A DNA stretch of 29,596 nucleotides from an uncultured Gammaproteobacteria bacterium (GTDB lineage Bacteria; Patescibacteriota; Patescibacteriia; Patescibacteriales; WJLG01): positions 1 through 29,596 of the forward strand of contig CAZALZ010000013.1 of NCBI GenBank assembly GCA_964486475.1, read 5' to 3'. The position numbers were made by a program, and so were the translations under genes. Under the pieces are notes generated by a model. It saw nothing but the letters and a program-made list of their open reading frames with translations. It searched no databases and was not told where the DNA came from. Numbering within the stretch: the stretch's first letter is position 1; each line of letters starts with the position of its first letter. Shown one piece after another: positions 12,980 through 20,642 of the stretch.

Positions 12980-14230
12980 TCACTTGCCGGTTGTTGGTTG
13001 TTTTGATTGTTCGCGGTTGCGATAATCTCCTTGGTCTCGCCGATGATATCCGTGACGAAAACCAGTTCCTTGAGCCGCTCCATTGAAAGCATGGTTTGAT
13101 CCGCCTTCGCCCACAATATGGTCGATGTTTGGATTTCCCCATTTTTCCATTTCTTCCAGATGACGTATCGCTCGTTCTCCCTTTATTCCTTTGATATCAA
13201 GCATCGAAACGAGTTCGGCAATTCCCATTGCTTTTTCTTCAATAGCGATTCTTTCGGCCTTTGCCAGCCGTTCATTAGCCGCTCCTTGCCCCTCAGCTCT
13301 TTTTGCGATCGCATTTGCTTCGTGTGCCGCCGCTTCCGATTTTTTGGAAGCTTCCAGAACACTGTTTAAAGCATTCCGTTGGCTTTCCGTAAGAACGAAA
13401 TCGTAAACCTTTACAGTCTGGACTTTAATTCCCAACTTCAGAAGCTCCTCATTTTCAGGGGAAGTGATGAATTGCTCTGATAAATCATTCCCCTTTTTTT
13501 TCATAGCTTCTTCCATTTCTTCCGGAATGACCGCGCGGACAAAAGATTCTAAATAGCGAATCGTCGCTTTTATAGAATCTTCTTGACAGTAGACGGCCCG
13601 ATAGAGACTGTTGACTTTAAAGAATACATCGGCATAAATTGGCACTGAAGCATTTTTAAAGTCAATCAGCACTACTTGTTCAACACCGGCATTGTCTATG
13701 TAGCGGAAAAGATTTTTTCGGCGTTGACCCATAAATCCGAGAACTGTGGTTACCCAACCGAAATACGGAAAGAAGAAATACCATCCGCCCTCGGTTGCAG
13801 TGTAGGTGTAATTACCGAAAAGTTCCACAAGACGATTGTGGTTTTCCGACAGAGGAGTAAACCCCAACCAGAGAGCGTGAAAAACCAACCCGATAAAAAT
13901 AACAACAGCTAAGATTCCCACTGGAAATTTTTCCAACGCTTCAATGTTAGTAAATCCAACCGCCCACTTCAAGAGAAGCGCCGTCATAATTGATATAATA
14001 GCATCAACTCCGAATGAAATCATCCAAAGGTTTTTCGGGAAAAACCTTGGACCTCCCAGATTTTCTTTTTCTCCGTTTCCTTTTTTGGCCATAGCCATAG
14101 AAAGTAATGTTTTTTCTATTTTCATTACTTCTTCGTTTTTGCTTTTGTTTTTTTTCCGACTTGCGAAAAATTTCCCCAAAGAAAAGACAAAAAGAATGGA
14201 AACAACCACAATCGCCACTAACTTTTCCAT
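12980..14230 (-). CDS. SPFH/band-7 (stomatin/prohibitin/flotillin-like) domain membrane protein
   Basis: Three N-terminal TM helices, then an SPFH core (NRLVELFGNYTYTATEGGWYFFFPYFG ... LGIKVQTVKVYDFVLTE). Next comes the characteristic Ala/Glu-rich helix (SEAAAHEANAIAKRAEGQGAANERLAKAERIAIEEKA). Start set at ATG 14230 (SD AAGGAG 5-6 nt upstream); the track start at 14257 is a TTG. Confidence 0.8.
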   Translation of the reverse strand: MEKLVAIVVVSILFVFSLGKFFASRKKNKSKNEEVMKIEKTLLSMAMAKKGNGEKENLGGPRFFPKNLWMISFGVDAIISIMTALLLKWAVGFTNIEALEKFPVGILAVVIFIGLVFHALWLGFTPLSENHNRLVELFGNYTYTATEGGWYFFFPYFGWVTTVLGFMGQRRKNLFRYIDNAGVEQVVLIDFKNASVPIYADVFFKVNSLYRAVYCQEDSIKATIRYLESFVRAVIPEEMEEAMKKKGNDLSEQFITSPENEELLKLGIKVQTVKVYDFVLTESQRNALNSVLEASKKSEAAAHEANAIAKRAEGQGAANERLAKAERIAIEEKAMGIAELVSMLDIKGIKGERAIRHLEEMEKWGNPNIDHIVGEGGSNHAFNGAAQGTGFRHGYHRRDQGDYRNREQSKQPTTGK

Positions 14231-14308
14231 AACAACTCCTTTGTTTTTAATTTTCAAGGTTCTTTTAGTTTCTAAAACGTTAATTTTAGTAGTGTTTTAG
14301 ATATATAA

Positions 14309-14337
14309 ATAATATCATATTTTATAAAAAAAGTCAA
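14309..14337 (-). promoter_or_regulatory. candidate promoter of the SPFH operon (TTGACT-17 nt-TATTAT on the minus strand)
   Basis: The minus strand reads TTGACT (14337-14332), a 17-nt spacer, then TATTAT (14314-14309), about 80 nt upstream of the ATG at 14230. Confidence 0.5.
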
Positions 14338-14387
14338 TATTTATATAGTTATAAAGTTGCTATTTCAGCAGTTGCTAAAGTTAAAAA

Positions 14388-14429
14388 AGAAAAAATAAAA
14401 AGGGCCGGAAAACTTTCATTTTCAGGCCC
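14388..14429 (-). terminator. rho-independent terminator after the 230-aa gene
   Basis: Minus strand: GGGCCTGAAAA-tgaaag-TTTTCCGGCCC (one mismatch) followed by TTTTTATTTTTT. Confidence 0.7.
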
Positions 14430-14438
14430 TTGAGAAGC

Positions 14439-15131
14439 TCACGCAGCTGCTTCTTCTAAAACGACGGCCACTTGAGCCGTGTTTCCCGCCGCTTCAATCC
14501 TTTTTCCCAGCGCAAAGGTCTCTTGGGAAGTTTTTCGCGCATTTTCTCCGTGCGATATTCTTTCCGCCCCAATTTCCAGGAGCCTATTTTTGGCATCCCT
14601 TTTTGCTTCTTCAAGGGATACCATGGCGTTGATTATCACTTTCGCAGTTTTTGAAGCCTCTTGCAGGACATTTCCTGCAGCTCTGATTTGCGGAACGACA
14701 TCAACGAGCCTCTCTTCTTTTAGCCTCTCACTCTCGAAGATTTCAATCAACCTCTCGGAAATTCTCGCGGAAAAAGAGAGATCATCAATTTTTTTTACTT
14801 CTTCGGCATTTAGAGAGGAAACAGCTTCCATTGCTTCTTTAATCTCCCTAATCTCCCTTGCTCTCATTTTGAGGGTTCTTTGTCTCTCGACAATTTCCCT
14901 CGCAATGTTTTTTTGCTCTTCTTCTTTTCGCCTCACTTCTTTTTCTCTTTGATAAATATTTTTAATGCCCGGCAATACGGAACGGAGAAAAAAAACAATT
15001 CCTCCGCTGACAGCAACACTCGCCGCCATGAACAGTCCATACTTGCCACTGAACTCCATTGCCACAACAAAAAGTATGGCTAAAATCACTACTATACCGG
15101 CAATCTTCCCACTCATCTTTAAAAAATTCAT
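14439..15131 (-). CDS. membrane-anchored coiled-coil protein (230 aa), uncharacterised
   Basis: Two N-terminal TM helices (IAGIVVILAILFVVAM, LFMAASVAVSGGIVFFL), then about 170 aa of E/R/K/A-rich heptad-like sequence. No recognised family. Confidence 0.7.
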   Translation of the reverse strand: MNFLKMSGKIAGIVVILAILFVVAMEFSGKYGLFMAASVAVSGGIVFFLRSVLPGIKNIYQREKEVRRKEEEQKNIAREIVERQRTLKMRAREIREIKEAMEAVSSLNAEEVKKIDDLSFSARISERLIEIFESERLKEERLVDVVPQIRAAGNVLQEASKTAKVIINAMVSLEEAKRDAKNRLLEIGAERISHGENARKTSQETFALGKRIEAAGNTAQVAVVLEEAAA

Positions 15132-15302
15132 AAAAACCCCTTTCTGTAAGGTTTTTTTGTTTATTGAATTGTTAAAGAGCGGGAAGAAAATTTTAGGCCT
15201 CGCGGCCGATTCTTTCTAGAATCACAATATCTTATCATAAAAGATATTTTTTGTCAACAAAAGTTAAAGTTATATTAAAAAACGTTTTTTTTGTTAAAAT
15301 AT

Positions 15303-15329
15303 TTAGCACTCTTGACAATAGAGTGCTAA
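15303..15329 (+). promoter_or_regulatory. CIRCE operator (HrcA binding site), perfect match to consensus
   Basis: TTAGCACTC-TTGACAATA-GAGTGCTAA equals the consensus TTAGCACTC-N9-GAGTGCTAA. It ends 18 nt before the hrcA ATG. Confidence 0.92.
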
Positions 15330-15347
15330 TTGAGATATTATGGTGTT

Positions 15348-16055
15348 ATGGATAGAAAACATCAAATACTTGAAGCTATTATTAAAGAACACATCGCATC
15401 CGGCACGCCGGTCGGGTCTTCTGTTTTGGTGGAAAAATGCGGCCTGGATTGCTCACCGGCAACCGTGCGCAATATTATGGTTGAATTGGAAGAAGAAGGG
15501 TTAATCATGCAACCGCACACATCAGCCGGACGCGTGCCGACCGAAGCCGCTTATAACCTATTTATAGAAGAACTGAAAAACGGCCAGCGTAAATTGAAAA
15601 AAGCGCGCGAAAAAGAGCTGAAAGAATTGGATGATAGTTTTTCCGGAGAGGATGAAACAGCCATGCGCGAAACAGCCAAGGCTTTGGCGGCTCTGACCAA
15701 TTCCGCGGTTTTCTGGGCTTTTCATAAAAATAATTTGTATTATACCGGTTTGTCCAATCTTTTTTCCCAGCCGGAATTTATAAATTCCGGTTTGGTCTAT
15801 AATGTTTCAGCGGTGATCGATCGGATGGACGAAATTATTGATTCTATTTTTGAAAAAGTCTCGAGTTCGCCAGGGGGCGGAGCGCAAGTTTTTGTCGGCG
15901 AAGAAAATCCGTTCGGCAATTTCTGCGGTTCTGTTATTGCCAAGTATCGCCTCGGAAATCAAACCGGACTGTTCGGGATTCTCGGACCGATTAGAATGGA
16001 CTATGAGAGGAACTTGGGGCTGGTGGAATATATACTTAATAAGTTGAGGAAATAA
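15348..16055 (+). CDS. hrcA: heat-inducible transcription repressor HrcA, short form (235 aa)
   Basis: N-terminal wHTH (ILEAIIKEHIASGTPVGSSVLVEKCGLDCSPATVRNIMVELEEEGLIMQPHTSAGRVPT) and C-terminal GILGPIRMDYERNLGLVEYI. Start set at ATG 15348 (the track start at 15330 is a TTG abutting CIRCE). Confidence 0.88.
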   Translation: MDRKHQILEAIIKEHIASGTPVGSSVLVEKCGLDCSPATVRNIMVELEEEGLIMQPHTSAGRVPTEAAYNLFIEELKNGQRKLKKAREKELKELDDSFSGEDETAMRETAKALAALTNSAVFWAFHKNNLYYTGLSNLFSQPEFINSGLVYNVSAVIDRMDEIIDSIFEKVSSSPGGGAQVFVGEENPFGNFCGSVIAKYRLGNQTGLFGILGPIRMDYERNLGLVEYILNKLRK

Positions 16056-16079
16056 TTTTTATTATAATAACTGAAAAAA

Positions 16080-16150
16080 GAAAAATGAAATGTGAAAAAT
16101 GAGTAAAGATAAAATTTTTATCATTTTTCATGTTTCTTGTTTCATATTTC
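16080..16150 (+). other. long AT-rich imperfect hairpin between hrcA and grpE
   Basis: The inner arms TGAAAAATGA (16093-16102) and TCATTTTTCA (16121-16130) are perfect. The outer arms GAAAAATGAAA (16080-16090) and TTTCATATTTC (16140-16150) have one mismatch. It ends 7 nt before the grpE ATG. Confidence 0.6.
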
Positions 16151-16157
16151 AAAAGCT

Positions 16158-16628
16158 ATGTCCGAAGAAAAAAAAGTTAAAACAGAAGAAAAAACTGTTG
16201 ACGAGAAAATTCTCGAATTAGAGGCCGAACTGAAGGACGCTAACGATAAGTATATGCGCGCGTTGGCTGAACAGCAGAATCTGGTCAAACGCCAAGCGAG
16301 TGAGAAAGAAGAATTTATCAAATACGCCAACCAGGAAATCATTTTAGAATTCTTAAGCGTTTATGATCACTTGAGAATGTCAATAGATTTCTTGCCGGCC
16401 GAAGAAAAGGACAATGCTTGGGTTAAGGGAGTTGAAATGACGATCAAGCAATTTAAAGATTTATTAAATGTGAATGGCGTGGAAGAAATAAAAACCGTTG
16501 GCGAGAAATTCGACCCGAATACTATGGAAGCCACCGAAGGCACGGGGGAGAAGGTCGCGAAAGAAATTATGGCGGGGTATAAGCTGAATGGGAAAGTAAT
16601 TCGCGCCGCTCGAGTTTTGTTAGAATAA
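16158..16628 (+). CDS. grpE: nucleotide exchange factor GrpE
   Basis: Coiled-coil N-terminus (LELEAELKDANDKYMRALAEQQNLVKR), C-terminal beta domain (FDPNTMEA...GYKLNGKVIRAARV). Start at ATG 16158. Confidence 0.9.
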   Translation: MSEEKKVKTEEKTVDEKILELEAELKDANDKYMRALAEQQNLVKRQASEKEEFIKYANQEIILEFLSVYDHLRMSIDFLPAEEKDNAWVKGVEMTIKQFKDLLNVNGVEEIKTVGEKFDPNTMEATEGTGEKVAKEIMAGYKLNGKVIRAARVLLE

Positions 16629-16638
16629 ATAAATATTT

Positions 16639-16707
16639 GTAGCAGGTAGTATGTAGTATGCAGTATGGAATCTAGACCATACTACTTACTACATATTCCA
16701 TACTACC
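16639..16707. repeat. heptad-repeat hairpin element, copy E2 (grpE stop to hsp20 start)
   Basis: TAGCAGG TAGTATG TAGTATG CAGTATG G-aatctaga-C CATACTA CTTACTA CATATTC CATACTA CC. The outer arms GGTAGTATG (16645-53) and CATACTACC (16699-707) are a perfect 9 bp. The inner arms AGTATGG/CCATACT give 7 bp. Confidence 0.75.
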
Positions 16708-16715
16708 AAAATTAT

Positions 16716-17147
16716 ATGCCTAATTTAATTAAATGGAGTCCATTTTTCGACGGGTTCGAAGATATGGACAAAATGTTTTCCGAATTTGTGCCGGTTGTCA
16801 GACGCGGCGACGCTGGCGGGTTTGTTCCGGCTATCGACGTCTATGAAGACAAAGGCAATCTGATCGTGGAAACGCAATTGGCCGGAATCGATCCGGAAAA
16901 AGTTTCCATCGCCATTGAGAATGATGTTTTAACCATCAAGGGCGAGAGCGAAAAGAAAAGCGAAGTCGAGGATAAAGATTATTATAGAAAAGAAATTAGG
17001 CGCGGTTCGTTTTTCCGCACGATCCAGTTGCCGGCCCATGTTGATGGCGATAAAGCTTCGGCCATTTCCGAGTCAGGTATTTTGAAAATTTCTATCCCGA
17101 AGCGGGAAGAATCCCAACCAAAAACAATTAAAATTGAAAAAAAATAA
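16716..17147 (+). CDS. Hsp20/alpha-crystallin family small heat-shock protein
   Basis: Alpha-crystallin domain: PAIDVYEDKGNLIVETQLAGIDPEKVSIAIENDVLTIKGE...RGSFFRTIQLP...GILKISIPK. Start at ATG 16716; the track extension translates the hairpin. Confidence 0.9.
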   Translation: MPNLIKWSPFFDGFEDMDKMFSEFVPVVRRGDAGGFVPAIDVYEDKGNLIVETQLAGIDPEKVSIAIENDVLTIKGESEKKSEVEDKDYYRKEIRRGSFFRTIQLPAHVDGDKASAISESGILKISIPKREESQPKTIKIEKK

Positions 17148-17150
17148 TAT

Positions 17151-17220
17151 TAGCTGTTGGCAATATGTAGTATGTAATATGGAATTTAAACTATACACCA
17201 TACTGCATATCCCATGCTAC
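17151..17220. repeat. heptad-repeat hairpin element, copy E3 (hsp20 stop to dnaK start)
   Basis: TAGCTGTTGG CAATATG TAGTATG TAATATG G-aatttaaa-CTATACA C CATACTG CATATCC CATGCTA C. GTAGTATG (17167-74) pairs with CATACTGC (17199-206), and TAGC (17151-54) pairs with GCTA (17216-19). Confidence 0.7.
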
Positions 17221-17234
17221 AATTATAAAATTCT

Positions 17235-19154
17235 ATGAGTAAAATATTAGGAATCGACCTAGGAACAACTAACAGTGCCATGGCCATAATCGAAGGCGGA
17301 GCGCCTAAGATTCTGGAGAATGCCGAAGGAATGAGAACAACTCCTTCCATTGTCGCAATCTCTAAATCCGGCGAATGGCTGGTTGGCGCTGCGGCTAAAC
17401 GTCAGGCTGTCACCAATCCCGAGAACACCATCTTTGAGATGAAACGTTTGATCGGCCGTCACTTCAATGACGAAGAAGTTCAGCGCGATTTGAAGAATAT
17501 GCCTTACAAGATCGTGCAGGCCGGAGAAGGCGTGAAAATCATTGTTTCCGGAAAAGAATACACTCCGCAGGAAATTTCTGCCAAGGTTTTGGCGAAATTG
17601 AAAGCTGATGCTGAAGCTCGTTTGGGCGAAAAAATTACCGAAGCGATCATTACTGTTCCGGCTTATTTTGATGATTCTCAAAGACAAGCCACTAAGGATG
17701 CTGGTCAGATCGCCGGTTTGAATGTTAAGCGTATCATCAATGAGCCAACCTCAGCCGCTTTGGCTTACGGTTTGGACAAGAAGCACGGCCATCAAATCGT
17801 TGTCTACGATTTGGGCGGCGGAACTTTTGATGTTTCCATTCTTGATGTCGGCGGCGATAGCGTTATGGTTAAAGCAACTAATGGCGACACTCATTTAGGC
17901 GGCGCGGATTTTGACCAGCGCGTTATCAATTGGATTTTAGAAGAATTCCGCAAAGAGGAAGGCGTCGATCTTTCCAAAGATCCGTTGGCTTTGCAGAGAA
18001 TCAAGGAAGCGGCCGAGAAAGCCAAGATCGAATTGTCTTCTTCTATGGAGACAGAAATCAATCAGCCGTTCATAACTGTTGGTGCTGAAGGTCCGAAACA
18101 TTTAGTTAAAAAAATGACTCGCGCGAAATTGGAAGAGTTGGTCGGCGATTTGGTCGAGAAAACCATTGAGCCTTGCAAAAAGGCTTTGACCGATGCCGGT
18201 TTGAAAGTGGAGGATTTGGAAGAAGTTGTTTTGGTTGGCGGTATGACTCGTATGCCAATGGTGCAAAAATTGGTTAAAGACTTCTTTAAGAAAGAACCGA
18301 ATATGTCGGTTAATCCGGACGAAGTGGTTGCAGCTGGCGCCGCTGTTCAGGGCGGTGTCTTGCAGGGTGATGTTAAAGATATTTTGCTTTTGGATGTTAC
18401 TCCGTTGACTTTAGGTATTGAAACTTTGGGCGGCGTGGCCACTCCATTGATTGAACGCAATACCACTATCCCGACTCAAAAATCGCAAATATTTTCTACC
18501 GCAGCTGATTCTCAGACCAGCGTGGAAATCAAAGTCGTTCAAGGCGAACGCCCGATGGCGGCTGACAATAAAGTCCTGGGCAATTTTATGCTCGACGGAA
18601 TTCCGCCGGCTCCTCGCGGCGTTCCACAGGTTGAAGTTAAATTCGACATTGACGCTAACGGAATTCTGAATGTTTCCGCGATGGACAAAGCTTCCGGTAA
18701 AACTCAGAATATTACTATCACTGCTTCTTCCGGACTTTCCAAGGAAGAAGTGGAGAAGATGAAAAAAGAAGCTGAAGCGCACGCCGAGGAAGACAAGAAA
18801 AAGAAAGAAAAAATAGATTTGAAGAATCAGGCCGATGCCGCGGTTTTCCAAACCGAGAAATTGATCAAAGATATGGGCGCGAAAATGTCGCCAGAAGATG
18901 TCAAAACTTTGACCGACCATGTTGAAGATTTGAAAAAGATCAAAGACGGTGATGACATTGAAGCGATCAAAAAGAAATTGGAAGAAATGAACCAGGCTGC
19001 GCAGACCATCGGCGGGAAAATGTACCAATCCGCCCAGGGCGGACAAGCAGCCGGCGCTCAACCGGGAGCTGAACAAGCTGGCGCCGAACAACCAAAGTCC
19101 GAAGATAAAAAAGACGAAGGCCCAGTTGAAGGTGAATACGAGGAGAAAAAGTAA
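17235..19154 (+). CDS. dnaK: molecular chaperone DnaK (Hsp70)
   Basis: [29 protein letters not shown] and the other canonical Hsp70 signatures; 639 aa. Confidence 0.97.
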   Translation: MSKILGIDLGTTNSAMAIIEGGAPKILENAEGMRTTPSIVAISKSGEWLVGAAAKRQAVTNPENTIFEMKRLIGRHFNDEEVQRDLKNMPYKIVQAGEGVKIIVSGKEYTPQEISAKVLAKLKADAEARLGEKITEAIITVPAYFDDSQRQATKDAGQIAGLNVKRIINEPTSAALAYGLDKKHGHQIVVYDLGGGTFDVSILDVGGDSVMVKATNGDTHLGGADFDQRVINWILEEFRKEEGVDLSKDPLALQRIKEAAEKAKIELSSSMETEINQPFITVGAEGPKHLVKKMTRAKLEELVGDLVEKTIEPCKKALTDAGLKVEDLEEVVLVGGMTRMPMVQKLVKDFFKKEPNMSVNPDEVVAAGAAVQGGVLQGDVKDILLLDVTPLTLGIETLGGVATPLIERNTTIPTQKSQIFSTAADSQTSVEIKVVQGERPMAADNKVLGNFMLDGIPPAPRGVPQVEVKFDIDANGILNVSAMDKASGKTQNITITASSGLSKEEVEKMKKEAEAHAEEDKKKKEKIDLKNQADAAVFQTEKLIKDMGAKMSPEDVKTLTDHVEDLKKIKDGDDIEAIKKKLEEMNQAAQTIGGKMYQSAQGGQAAGAQPGAEQAGAEQPKSEDKKDEGPVEGEYEEKK

Positions 19155-19165
19155 TTTTCTTATAG

Positions 19166-19197
19166 ACCAACTTTTATCTTTTGATAAAGGTTGGTTT
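19166..19197 (+). terminator. terminator after dnaK
   Basis: ACCAACTTTTATC-tttt-GATAAAGGTTGGT is a 13-bp stem with one mismatch/wobble, followed by a short TTT. Confidence 0.6.
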
Positions 19198-19212
19198 GCT
19201 AAGAAAGTTAAT

Positions 19213-19236
19213 AATTCCCCTCTCAAGAGGGGAATT
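19213..19236. repeat. palindromic repeat element copy B (intergenic, perfect 24-bp palindrome)
   Basis: AATTCCCCTCT-ca-AGAGGGGAATT, 5 nt before the ATG at 19242. Confidence 0.8.
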
Positions 19237-19241
19237 AATTT

Positions 19242-19880
19242 ATGCCTCTATCAGCCAGCCACATAAAATTCGCGCTTGATATGAAAGATTATTTCAAGCC
19301 GAAAAATTTGCAGGAATATTTTTCCGGCGCGGTTTATCCCGATAGCCGTTATTTCAGCGGGCTTGATAGAAAAAAGACTCATAATGAAAATTTTTGGCCG
19401 GAAGAATTTTGGCGCGGCGATGATTTTAAAAAGGGCTGGGCTTCGCACTGCATTTCCGATAGAGCATATACGATAGGAATGAAAAAAATTTTTCCTGCTT
19501 GGGTTGATTTGAATAATAATTTAGTAAAGATTGAAAATACCGCAGTAAAAATTCTTGGCGACATTTTTTCATTCGACGATCCGGAAATTAAAAAAATTAT
19601 TGATTTAATCGAAAATATTTCCGGCTTTAACAATGAAAGCCAAGAAGTAATGAAAGACCACTTGCAAACCATGAAATATTGCTATAAAAAGAGCGGTAAA
19701 GGGGAAATTTCCGATTATTCAAAGGCTATGCGGAAAACTTTGGGGGAGGAGATGGCTGAAAAGGTTATTTCTAAAGCGGAATTTTTTAATGAAGATAATG
19801 AGTTGTTAAAGGCGATAAAGAATTTTTTTCAAGAAGGAATTAAGATTGAGATTAAAAATATTTCGGCTAATTTAAATTAG
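19242..19880 (+). CDS. hypothetical protein (212 aa); weak resemblance to the zinc-dependent phospholipase C-like fold
   Basis: The spacing of His/Asp-containing segments (SASHIKFAL, GAVYPDSRY, KKTHNE, GWASHCISDR) resembles Zn-PLC-like families. The assignment is by eye only. Confidence 0.6.
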   Translation: MPLSASHIKFALDMKDYFKPKNLQEYFSGAVYPDSRYFSGLDRKKTHNENFWPEEFWRGDDFKKGWASHCISDRAYTIGMKKIFPAWVDLNNNLVKIENTAVKILGDIFSFDDPEIKKIIDLIENISGFNNESQEVMKDHLQTMKYCYKKSGKGEISDYSKAMRKTLGEEMAEKVISKAEFFNEDNELLKAIKNFFQEGIKIEIKNISANLN

Positions 19881-19887
19881 TATTTTT

Positions 19888-20637
19888 ATGAAAAAGCATA
19901 CTTTGCGTACAAGATTCAAAAAAGACATCGTCTGTGAATTTGTCGCGCCAAATAAAACATCTAATAAGGTGGCGATAGTTTGCGGTGGTATGCCAGGTTA
20001 TCCTGGTAGAAATAATGAATTGCTTTTTTGGCTGGCGCGTCGCGAGTATTGGGCCTTTTTGCCGAGATATCGCGGTACCTGGGAAAGCAACGGAAAATTT
20101 TTAGAAAAATCTCCGCAGCAAGACATTTTAGATATTATTAATGAGTTGCCGAAAGGTTTTAATAATTTATGGAATGGCGAAATTTTAAAAATAAAAAACC
20201 CGCAGATATATTTGTTCGGTTCCAGTTTTGGCGGACCGGCCGTTATTCTTAACTCCGGAGATCTGAGAATAAAAAAAGCAATAGTTTTTTCTCCGGTTGT
20301 TGATTGGCGCAAAGAAAGCAGGGTTGAACCGCTGGAGTGGATGGGGAAATTTGCCAAATCGGCTTTTGGCAACGGTTATCGTTTTGACAAAAAAGATTGG
20401 CGGAAGTTATCCAGTGGAAAATTTTACAATCCGGCAACGGCAACAGAAAAAATTAATCCGAAAAAAGTTTTGATTTTTCATGCCAAAGACGATAAAATTG
20501 TGGAGTTTAATCCGGTTAAAGAATTTGCCGAAAAAACGGGCTGCCGTTTCATTGCCTTAAATAAAGGCGGGCATATATCGTTTCGGAATATTATGAAGCC
20601 GGAATTTTGGAAAAAAATTAAAAAATTTATAAAATAA
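19888..20637 (+). CDS. alpha/beta-fold hydrolase (esterase/peptidase-like)
   Basis: Nucleophile elbow G-S-S-F-G-G (LFGSSFGGP), an acid candidate in HAKDDKIV, and a His in NKGGHISF, in the canonical order. Confidence 0.75.
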   Translation: MKKHTLRTRFKKDIVCEFVAPNKTSNKVAIVCGGMPGYPGRNNELLFWLARREYWAFLPRYRGTWESNGKFLEKSPQQDILDIINELPKGFNNLWNGEILKIKNPQIYLFGSSFGGPAVILNSGDLRIKKAIVFSPVVDWRKESRVEPLEWMGKFAKSAFGNGYRFDKKDWRKLSSGKFYNPATATEKINPKKVLIFHAKDDKIVEFNPVKEFAEKTGCRFIALNKGGHISFRNIMKPEFWKKIKKFIK

Positions 20638-20642
20638 AATTT

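Noticed and set aside
12820-13142. Two overlapping minus-strand ORFs (98 and 83 aa) across the SPFH 3' end
   Set aside because: They are alternative frames of the SPFH gene tail and the intergenic gap. They lack an SD and overlap the better-supported 226-aa gene start.
14479-14952. 157-aa ORF antisense to the coiled-coil gene
   Set aside because: The Ser/Leu/Phe-rich sequence is the mirror of an E/K/R-rich coiled coil. The sense gene has TM helices and its own terminator.
16665-16715. N-terminal extensions of hsp20 (MESRPYYLLHIPYYQNY) and likewise dnaJ (21392-21448)
   Set aside because: These residues are translations of the heptad hairpin repeats. The canonical protein N-termini begin at the downstream ATGs.
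18411-19226. 271-aa ORF antisense to dnaK
   Set aside because: Long stop-free antisense frames opposite hsp70 genes are a well-known codon-bias artefact. The product is low-complexity (F/L/R-rich) and the ORF is fully nested in a strongly supported gene.
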